Positions 13,271 through 25,460 of a stretch of DNA of 64,000 nucleotides are shown here, in pieces. Both the position numbers and the translations under genes were made by a program. How positions within the stretch are numbered: position 1 is the stretch's first letter; every line of letters begins with the position of its first letter. Under the pieces are notes generated by a model. The model ran no database searches and had not been told where the DNA came from. It saw nothing but the letters and a program-made list of their open reading frames with translations. Location: assembly GCF_037042905.1 (NCBI RefSeq), contig NC_087250.1, positions 11,968,001 through 12,032,000 on the forward strand, in the 5' to 3' direction. Source of the stretch: Lytechinus pictus. Lineage: Eukaryota.

Positions 13271-16200
13271 ATACATTAAATTTGTATAGCGCACTTTCCA
13301 TCTTGATTAGATGCTCAAGGCGCTTCAGAGCAGAACAACAAAAACTTTTTACATAAAATAAATGTCTGATATATATGAATATATATATATACGTGTAGAG
13401 AGGGAGGTAGGCAGACAGAAACAAATAATATAATGACAAGGGCTAAATATTACCTATCTCTCTCTCTCTCCCTCTCTACCAACCCACTTAAAACCTTCTC
13501 CTTCTCATTTTCTTGCTCACCATCCCCTTTGCCAATTTCTTAACATGCTTAACACCCTGTCTCCGGACCATTTATCACTTTTATCCCATAGCGTGCGCTT
13601 GTAATCCTTGTCTTCATGGAGGCTCCTGTGTGGAAGAAAGTCGTGGATACTCCTGCCTCTGTCCCGGTGGGACCACCGGTTCAAACTGTGAAAGTGGGTA
13701 ATCCAAATCCTTTATAGACTGACTTTCCTTGCATGAGATTTATAGGTCATCACTCTGTTGGAAAGAGCAGTGTGTCTCATATATTGTTCACAGTGCGGAA
13801 TACAGTGTGTACATAATAGGTGACAGGATACGGAGGGTAAATTGCCAGTTCGTCCACTCACCACACGGTATACCTTCACAGTCTAATGCCATTCCGTCTT
13901 TCAAAATTCCGTCTAACAAACATTTGTTCCAATCATCACTTCGTCTAATTACCAGTTCGTCTATTACCATTTCGTCTCATAACCGGTTGGTCTAATGTTC
14001 GTTTTATTTTTATTCATTTTGCCCAATCAACACTAAGTCCAATTAGACCAAATGGTATATGGACTAAATGGCTATTGGACCAACTGATTATTAGACGAAA
14101 TGGTGAGTGAATGAAATGGCAATTAGATCATGTGGATATTGAACGAACTGATGGTAGAACAAATTATAGTAGACGATTTGGTGTTGGACCAAATACAAAT
14201 AAACCGATACGAAGTTTATTATTGGAATTGGCCAAACCAAACACACCCAAAACATAACATTTTGCAACATTCAAATGCACCAATGGGAGCACTGGAGTGA
14301 ACAATTACACCCTACATTGTTGTTATTTGGTTTTTGTTGTTGTTTTTTCCCCATTTAAGGTTGCAGATACCTACAGTTGAAGGTGCCGAGTTGTACCCTT
14401 TACAAGTGCAAGGTGCCGTTTTTAAACGCAAAAATGTATGTGCCCATAAAGGTGCAGAGTTGAAACGTTTGGGGGATCCAACTGGCATTTCCGGGTGAAC
14501 ACAAAAAATATGCAAAATTAATATTTGACTTAGGGTGCATGATTTAAAAAAAAATGCCGCCAGTTTTCAGTCTATTTATTATTAAGTTTATACTTTTTTT
14601 ACATGTCTTTCGTGTGAATGATATTGCATATTGCGTAGCCTTGGATTTGTTCAGTTCAATAGAGCTTTTTAGCATCGCGACGCAAAACTCTTTTAAAACG
14701 TAGAAAGTCAAAAGTCAAATACCCTTCAGAACAGTTAAAAGTAGGCAATAAAGTGTTTGTCACAATAGGAGAGTGATCTGTGGTGTCATCCACTTGAACT
14801 CATAGTCTTACGCAGCATTTTCCTTTTTAGAGAGGGGGGGGGGCAACACGCGTAATTTTCTTTAAAGAAACTCGATTAAGAGGGAAAGCAACCGCCAAGC
14901 ATGTAATGGGGGCGCTTTGCAGTGAATTTGACGGCTTTCGTGCACACTTTTGGTGAATTTTGTGACATGTTTAAGTTTTGAACGTTTCTTGGGGTGGGGC
15001 AGTTGCTACCCCCTCCCTCCATTGCTCTCCCGCTGCGTACGGCCATGCTAGAATGGTTTGACCTGTGACGAGAGTGATACGCACTGCTTGATAGATATCG
15101 TGCATATTTCTTTCATCAATTTTAGGCCGTTTTTCAGAATGCGACGACCTCTTCACGGCAGGCTACCTACAAAGTGGGGTGTATGACATCTGTGTTATGG
15201 TTTCAGACGGCTCTCTATGCACTCCTGTCCCAGTGTACTGCGATATGGATAGCTACGGGTGGACGGTGAGATCTCTATTCATTTTGCTGGGTTCTTTTTT
15301 TTCCTGGGGGTGTTTTGCTTGCCGAAAAGAAGATGCTTAAAGGCCATTGTTTATGCCGATTTAAATTCTCAAACTAAGATGAAACAAATTCATTTCCTCT
15401 TTTTCACTATCATAAATACAAGTAATCTGATCATAATAATAATGCAGTTAGTATACAATAATTTTGTAATCAAATAAACTCAAAATATGATTTTATACAA
15501 TTAAGAGTACGACAGAATAAGACGATTCACCCCTCTCTCACCCCCCCCCCCCCCATCCTTCCCCACCCGCTCCCCGCCCCTCCCCCAAATAACCAGTTGA
15601 TTCAGAGGCGTTTCGACGGAAGTGTTAACTTTAACCGCACATGGGCCGACTACAAGACGGGGTTCGGCAATGTGTCTGCAGAGTTCTGGTTAGGTAATGA
15701 CGTCATTCATCACATGACCAAGAGCGGTACCTCTACACTTCGCGTTGTCCTTGAATTAGATGGGAATGGTCTCCACGCCGTCTACAAGCGATTCAGCGTG
15801 GCGGATGAAAAGTCTGGATATCAGCTAAGCTTTGTAAGGTACAGCGGTTCGGCAGGTACGCAATTCCGTGACACGACATTATTTCATTTTTATACAGTCA
15901 CCACGACATTTGCTCCGGCGATAATTGTTTCGGGCTTAAAAGATATAGGATTAGGGTTTGGGTTCCAAAGGGGTTTTATATTGGGGTTTAAAGCGACCTT
16001 TCATTGACAAATCATGGGGAAATCAAGGCTTATCTCAGAACAGAGAATTCCTGGGGGTGTTATGTAATAGACGCCGACATGCCTGGGAGGTCTTCGGAGA
16101 GCAATAGTTAGTAGACTAACCAACTAGAAGTAAACTGCGTGTTTTCACTTTGAAACATGTAACTTCACAGAGGTTATTTATTTTGGTTTAGCAATCAAGA

Positions 16201-17718
16201 GACCTGCTATGAGTCTAGGAATTGGGATTGTTGGAAACTGGAACTGCGATGATCCGAAGTAAATAACCATCACGAGTTCGGTCGAATTCGTGCTGTCCGA
16301 ACTTTATCGCATTAGTCCGACGGGCGCTCGTGATGGACGGATTATATTATGCAAGTCAATTGGCCTTTTGCAAATTTCGTATTGATTCAATTTCCCCATG
16401 ATTTGTCAGTGGCTGGGCCCTTTAAAGTAAAGTTTAGGATAATATTAAGTGTTAAATCCACACTCTAAAAAAGGTTTACCCAATATTGGTTAAAATTGGA
16501 AAATGCATGATAGTTGGGTAATAAAGATATTGTGTAAATGTTACGCAATGTTGCGTTGAAATAGCCCAATATGGCGTTGACAAAAAAACAGCAAACAATA
16601 AGCATGTTCCCTTTCTACCGAATATTGGGTAAAATTTTACTCAGTGTTTCTTGAGTGCAGGGTTGATGTTGGTCATTCATTTAACGTGTGGAATTTGCAG
16701 CGGAGCAATTGTCGCCGGAGCAAGTGTCACGGAACCCGAATTCATCCTTTCATATCATTGAGAAAAAAAAGTAATAACCTGGGGCCCGTATTAACACAAA
16801 GCTTAGCAATGATCGTAGAACATTTCTCTACGATTGATTCCATGGACTACAATATACAATCAATCGTGAAATTTGAGTGTACGATTAATCGCTAATCTTT
16901 GTGCTACGGGACCCAGGTCAAGTGTAGCTACTGAAATCGTGAATACATAATTGACTAAAATCTTATTAATCTCTTCAACGCAAAAGAGATCATCCGGTCT
17001 GGTACTAATCGTACTCTTTTAGTAAGACGATCACATTCCTTTTTGAGTGAGATTTACCTCTATTGAGAGTGGATTTTAGTCTTGTCTAAACAGATGTACC
17101 TTTACTTCTAAAGGAGAGCGTTTTGTTCTAAAAAATAAGCTAACCCCCCAAAAAAAAATTATATATATAATAATGATAATAACAATAAATAAATAAATAA
17201 TATGACATGATATAATATAGTTCTAATAGAAAAATTGAACTAAATTTTGAAAAATATAAAATTAAATTAAATTGAATTAAAAAATAAAAACGATAAATGA
17301 AAGAAAGGTTATCACTAAAAATGATAAGCCTTTGGTCTTCGGAAAAAAGTGACCAGCTTTTTTTTTAAGTCATCACACAAAAAAAAATTCGTTTCGTTTC
17401 CTGAAGAAGCAACGAATCCCCCCCCCCCCCGAAAAAGGGTCATCACTTGTAAATGGAGGCATTTTAGGTTGTTTTATCTCTTGTTTTGAAGGAGATGCTA
17501 TGAGGCCACTTGATGGGCTTCGATTTAGTACTTTGGATTGGGACCAGGACCTTTCAAACAGGACCAACTGCGCACTGAAATATGGAGGCTTCTGGTACGC
17601 CGAGTGTGACAACGTGAAACTTAACGTACATCCATCCAAACGGGGACTTGCCGAGTGGACCGTAGATGGCAACCTAACATCATTTACGAGTGTGCACATG
17701 AAAATACGTACCGGCTAA
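3578..17718 (+). CDS. Secreted EGF-EGF-fibrinogen-related domain (FReD) protein, 7 coding exons, about 350 aa
   Basis: Exons 3578-3620, 9469-9630, 10333-10452, 13592-13693, 15126-15265, 15597-15855 and 17492-17718 join in frame through GT-AG introns (phases 1,1,1,1,0,1), 1053 nt including the stop. Hydrophobic N-terminus, two EGF repeats, and FReD motifs YCDM..GWT/LIQRRFDGSVNFNRTWADYKTGFG, EFWLGN, FST.D.D.D, GGFWY..C, MKIR. The true start codon is uncertain. Confidence 0.85.
3639..3881. mobile_element. CACTGC MITE family copy
   Basis: CACTGCAAAAAC..GTTTTGCAGTG, starting 18 nt into the intron after the signal-peptide exon. Confidence 0.85.
5225..5395. repeat. Near-perfect 171-bp hairpin (probable MITE core)
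   Basis: GCTAAATGGCGAGCCGTGATTGGCTGTCAAGGTATGAATGCGCGTTCAAA pairs exactly with its inverse; the inner part has a few mismatches. Confidence 0.85.
6255..7151 (+). mobile_element. 5'-truncated L2-clade LINE fragment (RT C-terminus plus 3' tail)
   Basis: ORFs 6342-6698 and 6819-7082 (NKLKLN..K.E, RNLGVIFD, SRIDYCNGLL, LHWLP, FKKSLKTHLF) with internal stops; absent from hAT copy 2. Confidence 0.9.
7838..8375. mobile_element. MITE with CCCGGGG..CACTC / GAGTG..CCCCGGG termini, 7-bp TSD
   Basis: TSD ATCATGT on both sides; the empty site with a single ATCATGT is present in hAT copy 2. Confidence 0.88.
9469..9630 (+). CDS. EGF-FReD gene, N-terminal Cys-containing exon of unrecognised domain
   Basis: ttgcag acceptor (NAGNAG alternative at 9472), 162-nt open phase 1-1 exon, cag|gtaaaa donor. 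Confidence 0.7.
9666..9862 (+). mobile_element. Small inverted-repeat element with degenerate (GGGTTA)n core
   Basis: GACATTTGCTCC.GCGACA / TGTCGCCGGAGCAAATGTC ends; other copies at about 15900-16737 (twice interrupted), about 48155-48350 and a 3' piece at about 620-650. Confidence 0.7.
10333..10452 (+). CDS. EGF-FReD gene, EGF-like domain 1 exon
   Basis: ECRGNPCFHGGTCIEEASGYRCVCPEFTTGTHCE; tttcttag acceptor, gtaagt donor, phase 1-1. Confidence 0.93.
11133..12045 (-). mobile_element. 5'-truncated L2-clade LINE fragment
   Basis: 265-aa ORF (LKLNPSKTEFL, ISSRLDFGNALL, LQKLQNAAARLV, LHWL) followed by an L2-type 3' tail ending in (ATT)n. Confidence 0.9.
13038..13270. repeat. (TA)n/(TG)n microsatellites
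   Basis: Direct reading. Confidence 0.9.
13592..13693 (+). CDS. EGF-FReD gene, EGF-like domain 2 exon
   Basis: CACNPCLHGGSCVEESRGYSCLCPGGTTGSNCE; catag acceptor. The in-phase donor is gtgggt at 13694; the donor position is slightly ambiguous. Confidence 0.88.
15126..15265 (+). CDS. EGF-FReD gene, FReD exon 1
   Basis: RFSECDDLFTAGYLQSGVYDI...VYCDMDSYGWT; tttag acceptor (alternative in-phase acceptor at 15138), gtgaga donor. Confidence 0.9.
15597..15855 (+). CDS. EGF-FReD gene, FReD exon 2
   Basis: LIQRRFDGSVNFNRTWADYKTGFGNVSAEFWLGND...YSGSAG; ccag acceptor, gtacgc donor. Confidence 0.95.
15992..16421. mobile_element. Kolobok-type MITE (TTAA TSD, AG..CT ends)
   Basis: TTAA flanks; inverted TGACAAATCATGGGGAAAT subterminal match. 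Confidence 0.72.
16461..16657. mobile_element. Second CACT-ended MITE family (CACTCTAAAA..TTGAGTG), CA TSD
   Basis: ca|CACTCT ... GAGTG|ca; internal inverted tttacccaatatt motif. Confidence 0.75.
17492..17718 (+). CDS. EGF-FReD gene, terminal FReD exon
   Basis: GDAMRPLDGLRFSTLDWDQD...CALKYGGFWYAEC...MKIRTG-stop. Confidence 0.93.
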
Positions 17719-19149
17719 AAGGTTCCTGCAACCCAAGTAACATATAGGCTTTGATAAATCTGAGCCGTGAAGACCAGGGGAGCCGGAACGTATTTTCGTT
17801 TTGCGGGTGCAAAGCCAAAAAAAGGCACTTATAATGTCAAATGGGAATTTTGATGCAAACGGATATTTTCACCATGATATTATAATCTGCGCTAAGTGTA
17901 TATAGTTGTGTGTATTGCAGTAATTTAGTTGAGTAAAGCCATTTGTTAGTGATTTCTGATTGATAAAAATATATATTCAAGCTTCAATTTTCCGCAAGCG
18001 AGCAGTTTGGAAAAATTTGAAATATGATATTCTGAAACTCGCGTTTTTGGTCAATTATCGCGGAAATACAGTTAAAAGGGGGTCCTTGCGAACACGAATC
18101 GCAGGCTCAAACTTTTTAATTTTCATGTACTAATAAAACCTGAAAATACATTCCGAGCAGTTTTTGGTATCATGAAAAATATGTGTATGTTGGCTAAAGA
18201 AATGACGCGAGCGCGAAGCGCGAGCTGAAAAATTCAATATATTGACTGGAAATGAAAGCTGGTAAGGACTGCATTTAGTGACTTATGAATAGGATATATA
18301 TTTTTCATTATTCAATCTTTCACGGCATTATACCTAACTAATGAGTTTGTTAACAAATATTTCAACATTATTGCATAATGTTTAGTAATTATACGTTTAT
18401 TTACAAAAGATTAAGCCCAACAAATCTGTGAACGTTTAAAATCTAACTTATTTTGAAAGGCTTCTATTTGATATGAATTTCTGCCGTTTAAACGTGATCA
18501 TTTGTCGTTACAACTCTAAGCAAAACTAATTGTTTAATAATTTGATCAATATATTAGAAGTGTGTTTCCATGTTTGTTTTCGTTATAGGGTTTTTAGTAT
18601 CGACATTGTAAGTCTGAAGAGGAAACGGAAGAGACGTGAGGGTGCTTGCAGGAACTACGCGAACGGTATAAAGGCCTTGAGAATCGTCATCACGTGACGT
18701 CACCATGATAAGCCATCAGTGTTTGAATTCACCGGGCGATACTCATTGTTTTTTTTAATGGGCCCAAACCACTAGCGTACCTAAGGGGGTCACAAGCAAA
18801 AATAGGAAGCGAAAAAAGGGGGGGAAAAAAGAAAAGAGGAAAAAGGAAGAGAAAAAAAGGGGGAAGGGGAAAAAGAAGAAAGAGTTTAAGAGAAGGGGGA
18901 GAACAAAAAGTGGACTGCAGACTGTCGGAAAAAATGTAAACTGACGGGCACACGGGAGTGTCCCAACTATTTCGGTTTTTTAATTCCACCATCTTTGTCG
19001 GTAAATGTCAATTAAACTACACTTTTATTGTGATTTTTATGCAATGCAACTTTTAGAGCTCTCTGTACCGATAGTGAGGACGGACTGGGCTGACCAGGGG
19101 CAGGTAAAAGGTTGAGAACAACTTTTAGGTATTGTAATTATAACAATTA

Positions 19150-19960
19150 AAAATTTCCTGCGTAGCTCTCGCATCAATTTTAAGTTGGATACTTAAGACA
19201 AATGTTTGGTTTTCAGGTTGAAATATCAAAAATTTTCAGCTCGCACTTCGCGCTCGCGTCAATTGATTGGTCAGAAACCAAATGTTCACGGTTACAAAAA
19301 GTGCTTATAATATCCAGTTCTTAGGCCGGAATATCAAAAATTTCAGCTCGCGCTTCGTGCTCACACAATCTGTTTAAATATATCCATCCTATTCATAGTT
19401 ATATGAAGTGCTTAGAATGTCCGGTTTTCAGGTCGGAATATACAATTATCAGAAATATATCATTAGAAACCAATTTATTCACGGTTACAAAAATTGCTTA
19501 GAACATCAAGTTCTTAGGTCGGAATATCAAAAATTTCAGCTCGAGCTTCGCACTTGCATAAAATTCCATTCTGTTTATAATTAAATGAATTGCTCAGAAT
19601 GTCCACTTTTTATGGGGGAATATCTCAAATTTTCAGCTCTCTCTTCGCGCTTGCATCAATTAATTATTCAGTTAGAAACCAATTCGTTCATGTTACTAAA
19701 AGTGCTTAGAATATCCAGTTCTTAAGTCGTAATATCAAAAGTTTTAGCTCGCGCTTCGCGCCCGCACGACTGTTTAGAAACCCATCCAGTGAAACTGCTT
19801 AGAATATGTCTAGTGTCCAGTTAGGAATATCAATTTTTTTAGTTCGCGCTCGCATAATTTATTAAGGAAGATACCCATCCTATTCATAATTAAGTGCACA
19901 AAATGTATCGTTTTAGGTCTAAATTTTTTTTTTAAATTCAGCTCGCGCTTTGCGCTCGCA
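19150..19960. repeat. Degenerate tandem array built on TTTCAGCTCGCGCTTCGCGCTCGC (unit roughly 120 bp)
   Basis: The motif recurs about 7 times; the inverse motif is seen at about 18205 and 45400-45800. Confidence 0.7.
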
Positions 19961-21104
19961 ATTATTATTATTATGTTATTATTTTTAACTGATTTCGATG
20001 TCAAATACCTCTTTTATAACGTCTCCAAATGAGCAGAATTGGGAATATAATGTAAACACCTTCAAAGAGGAATAAAAGAAGTATTTCAATATAAACATTG
20101 CAATTACCACTTGATTAGAAATATATCGATCACGATCCAAATCATCCAATACATTTCATTTCTGGAATTATATCAACAACAAAAAAGAATTAATTTCGAT
20201 AATAAAGTGCAATCGCCCGATAGCAAATATATATATATATATATTTTTTTTCTCTCTCCGTTATGTGTATTTTTTTTTCTTTCTATTTCTCCCGTTTGTT
20301 GTTGTTGGTGTGTTAGTTTGTTCAGCTTTGGGGTCTGATAGGGGGGGCTCATGGGACGGGAGAATGTTCATATACATTCATTCTTTAAATTTGCGTAGTT
20401 GTTACGTCTTTGTTTTATTATTTGCTCTATAGCTGCATACATAAGTTGTTGAAATGTTATTTTTGCATGAGTTCAGATTATGTCTCTTTTCTGATACAAT
20501 TTGCCTGCTATGTTTATTACACTGTTATTTAAATTGTGTATTGCACTGCTGCAATTATCATTTTGTTCTATATTTTCTTGATTATGTATGTAAATTTATT
20601 TGAATGAATAATAAAGATCACTACAAAAAAAAAAATATATATATATATATCAGTAGTAGCAAGATCCCAACTGTTCTATTGGGCACCCCCTAGGTAACCT
20701 TTCCCACCTTTAGTGCCACTGCCAGACCTACACATCCAAACGTCTATGGGGGGCTGCAAAATGCAGGGCAACGAGGACTGCGAGGTGCCAAAATATCCTC
20801 GTGTATTGGTAATTTTATGACCGAATGTATAATTTCTGCACGTTTCTTATCATGTAAAAAGGCTAAATTATAATTGAAAAAAAATGTTCGCTCGCTCGAC
20901 AATTTAAAAGTTAAAAACTGTTGATTATCGGACCCCCCCCCCTTGAAAAAAATTGTGCCTATATACGTCCATGCCTACTACCCCCCCCCCCCCTCCTTGC
21001 TCATCCTTGTTGCTTGCCACCCCCCCCCCCCCCTTACGAAATATGCCAGGTACGCCACTGGCCCCAACGAAATGAAATCAGCTAAGGACTTTATTTTTTT
21101 TTTG

Positions 21105-22903
21105 CAATGCGATATTCCTTTTGATATGAAAGTAGCAAAAGTTATACCCGTTTTTTAAAAAAGATGATAAACGAGAAGTTTGCAACTATCGTCCAATTTC
21201 ACTTCTCACTTCCCTTTCAAAGTTACTAGAAAAGATAATGTACTCACGCTTAATCAAATTTTTAACCGACTGTCAAATATTATGTGATTCTCAGTTTGGT
21301 TTCAGGAAAAAACATTCAACTGTTCATGCTTTACTTTCTTTTATTGATAAGGTGGCAAGTGCCGTCGATAAGTCATTGCAAACTGTTGGTATATTCCTGG
21401 ACCTTTCCAAGGCCTTCGACACGATCAATCATGATATATTGTTATATAAATTATCACATTATGGTATTCGTGGGAAGGCCTTGGATTGGTTCAGGAGCTA
21501 CCTCAGTTCTCGTAAACAATTTGTTTCTTATACAGGTATAAATTCTAGTTTGAAATCAATATCTTGCGGAGTACCCCAAGGATCACTCCTTGGTCCCTTT
21601 TCATTTTTTACATTAATGATTTTAAAAATTCTTCCAATATTTTGTCATTTATTGTGTTTGCTGATGATTCTAATCTTTTTCTGTCTCACCGTGACCCACA
21701 TACACTACTTAATATTTTAAATACAGAACTTCAATCAGTTCAGTCTTGGATTAGAGCTAACAAGTTGTCACTTAATGTTAAGAAAACCAATTTTATGATT
21801 TTTAGTAATTCTCTCAAAAGTTTACCTGGTCAAGTAGTCATGGATAATGTAAATTTATTACAGATTGAATCCACAAAATTTCTTGGGCTCTATATCGATC
21901 ATGATTTGTCTTGGAAGTGTCACATAAATTACTTGTGTAAATTGACTTCTAGAAGTATCGGTATTTTAAGCAAGCTAAAATTCTTTTTTCCTGATTATAT
22001 ACTATTAAACTTATATATGACTCTCATTTCATCACAACTAAATTATGGTATATGAGCTTGGAGTAATACAAACAAGACGGTATTAGAAATGTTATTTAAA
22101 TTACAAAAGCGAGCTATTAGGTTGATTAACCAATCTGACTTTTATGCACACACAAATCCATTATTTAAAAAAAATAAAATCCTGAAAATTCATGATCTTT
22201 ACGAATTTCATTTGGGTACATTCATGTTTCAACTCTCAAAAGATGATCTACCGGAAATTTTCTCTTCCTTGTTTCAAAGAAACGACCTCATCCATTCTTA
22301 TCCAACCCGCCAAAGGGACTCATTTCACCTTCCACGTACTCGAACGTTATTTGCTCAAAGAACAATTGTATTTGAAGGACCAAGGTTTTGGAATCATCTT
22401 CCAAACGAAATATCTAGCTGTATATCCTTAAGTATATTTAAATGTAAACTGAAATCATTTCTTTTGTCCAGTTATGGACCCCGTTAAGACGCACTGGCTG
22501 AATATAAATAATGTATTTGATTTGTACCTTTTTAAACGTATACTGCCTAGTTTGAATTTTTTTCATTCTTCGCTCACCCCCCCCCCCCTTCTATTTCACA
22601 TTTGTCCACTTTCCCTCTCATTCTTTACCCCGCGATTTTCCGCTAATCTTTGGCTTTTCCTTTGTAGTCTTTTCTTTTTCTTTTGTCCGATCTCCTTGAT
22701 TACTAATTTCATAATTACTTTAAGGAACCTGCAGACATTACAAGCTCTGCTTTTTATGCAGGTTCCTTCATATTTCACTTTATTTACTGCCATTATACAT
22801 GTTATATTTTGTATTTTGTATGTAATCAAATGTATTTCTCAATTGTATTATGTTATTATTTTGCTATCTTGTGAAGTATGAAAATAAATTCAATTCAATT
22901 CAA
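21105..22903 (+). mobile_element. Degenerate CR1/L2-group LINE (RT domain plus 3' UTR)
   Basis: KVIPVF, NYRPISLL, QFGFR, FLDLSKAFDT, GVPQGS and FADD motifs across frameshifted ORFs 21238-22487; AATAAA plus (TTCAA)n tail. Confidence 0.92.
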
Positions 22904-24459
22904 TACTGTATGAATGTATATATCCTTTTTTTTTAATAACTCATATTATTCACGAATATGGATTTTGTCGAATCTAAATATCATTTAAGATTTGTTATCA
23001 TTAATTGATCTGTATTTACAATCCATTTTCTTCTTTGTAATTTGTTGTGTAAACAGTATTCCAGTAATCATCCTTTTCTCTAGAGTTTTTTTGTCCCTTG
23101 CTACTGCACTAGGCCTGTGACACCTAGTCTGTACTCCAGACCCAGTTATGAAGAAACACTTCAAACCTACTTTGTACTTGAGACAAAACTACAAAACTAA
23201 GACCCAACCAAAGACAAAACTAAGACCCTGTACTATGTCTGTGTGTGTGTGTGTGTATTTGAGTTTTGTCAGACGTGTATCAATCAGATACGATTATTTA
23301 CGTCTGGGACCGACCTTTAACGTCACTATCCGAAAGACGTCACCAGGGCTCGAACCTCGAAGCTCTGCATCAATCTGTAACTTCCGCCACATAGCTTGGA
23401 TTACAGGCGCACGCCACAACGCCCACAACTAGGTGTCACGCGCGTAAAACATTCCCCATAGACTTGTGTGTTAAAATGGCACTTTTGAAAAATTCATAAA
23501 AATTAAATGTGAAATTAGAGGGTCAAATGTTTACTACCTTTGGATAGGATATATATCTGACATTCCATAACTGACCAGAGAAGGGTATCGTAGCCAGCTC
23601 ATTTTAAAAATAAATCGCCATTTATGAAGATAACTATGATGGGATCAAATTCATCAACTGAAACAGTAAAATAGCACCAATTCTTCCGCCAGTCAAAAAA
23701 TAGTTCCAAATCATTGATATATCTTCCCAATTTGGGCAAAGGAAGTTCAGTAGTTACCATTTCTAGAATCAGTGTTAGATTTTGAATCATATTCATACAC
23801 TTTTGTCAATCAGCAATATCAAATTGAAAAAATTCGAACGAATATCCTTAGCCCTCCTGATGTAATTAGGCTCATGGCACCACTAGTTACTATGCAGCTT
23901 AGTCTGTACTCAAGACCCAATTATGGAGAAACGCATCAAAGCTACCACCTATATTACTCGAGACAAAACTGCACAACTAAGACCCAACCAACATTCATTC
24001 TTGGAGTTCTCATCTTCCATAAAAAAATAGTAGAATTGAACAAACGATAAAAACAAACTTTACAATCTACTATAAAGTTCTCTTAGGGAGGAGTGGACCT
24101 GAGAATGGTCACAAAATCTGAGCGGAGTGGACCTTCCTAATCAACACCGCCATGTGCTGCTGCCATCTACGTTCGTTGGTCGGGCCTTAGTTTTGCAGTT
24201 TTGTCTCGAGTACATAGGGTATAGGTGGTAGGTTTAAAGTGTTTCTTCATTACTGCGTCAGGAGTACAGACTAGGCTGCATCCAATGAGTATTACACAGG
24301 GTCTTAATTTTTGGGCTGTTTATGTCTTAGGTTTGTATCAAGTACATAGGAAATAATCCTAACTGGGTCTGGAGTACAGACTAGGCTGCATACAAATACA
24401 CAGGGTCTTAGTTTTTAGAAACACTTCAAACCTATAAACCTATATCCTATGTATACTCT

Positions 24460-25460
24460 GAAAAGGACATAAGTGATGTTTCTGAGTCGTCATCAAATAT
24501 ATTTTCAAAATTATACTATAAATGCTTTCCCATAGCAAAAAAAAAGGAGAATAAGATTAACGTTTTCAATAAGCCATGGATTACACCAGATAGTTTTAAA
24601 TCAATACGGAAAAAAGATAAATTGTACAAAAGGCAAATCACAAAAAATTATAATAAATCTAAGAAAAAATGCATAACTTATAACAATAAACTCGTTACAG
24701 TCTTAAGGCGATCTAAAACAAGCATATTATGAAAAGAAAGTTCAAACACTCCAATGCAACATGGAAACAACACGGAATAATATAAATGGGCTTTTAGGGA
24801 ATAACAATTCTCTTCAATATCCTAAGGAAATGTTTTTTTAAGATAAATATACTGATAATGATATGAAAGCCAAGTTCTTTAATCATTACTTTAAACACGA
24901 TGGCTCGGGGGAGCGTTTCATTAAAGGACTTGTCGGTCATTTTATCCGACAAGCCCTGTTTTATCCGACAGTTACCATAGTAACAGTGCCTCTCAGCCAA
25001 TCAGAATCAAGGAAAGTTGTCAGATCTCACAAGTTGTCGGACACAAATGTTGATGAAACACTCCCCTAACCTAGCCGATAACATAAGATACTCAAAATTA
25101 GATTTTTCAAAATATCTCCCCAATAGTAATTTGAATTCATTGTTTCTCAAACCTGTAACTCTAACTGGATTATTAAAGGTATGTACCTCATGGAAATCTT
25201 CATATTCCCCTGGTAATGATGATATAATACCTTTGATAGCAAAGAAAAGTGTTCGTGCATTTTCGATACCTTTTTGTTATATAATGAATGTGTCTTTTCA
25301 AACAGGAACAATTCCAAATCAACTAAAAATTTCACGAATATTATTTTTAAAAAAGGGCGATAAGCAAAATTTACTATGCAATTATCGACCAATTTCTATA
25401 TTACCATTTTTTCTTAAATGTTAGAAATATTGATTTTTGTTAAAGATTGAGTAAATTTTT
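24460..25460 (+). mobile_element. Highly decayed LINE ORF2 fragment interrupted by a MITE
   Basis: KPWIT, SPG.D.I and NYRPISILP-like motifs with many stops. Confidence 0.7.
24907..25066. mobile_element. Short MITE with GGGGAGCGTTTCAT / ATGAAACACTCCCC termini (Harbinger-like ends)
   Basis: Terminal inverted repeats; a partial copy starts near 2135. Confidence 0.6.

Noticed and set aside
21238..22487. Functional reverse transcriptase gene
   Set aside because: 5'-truncated, with a frameshift and an in-frame stop; dead LINE copy
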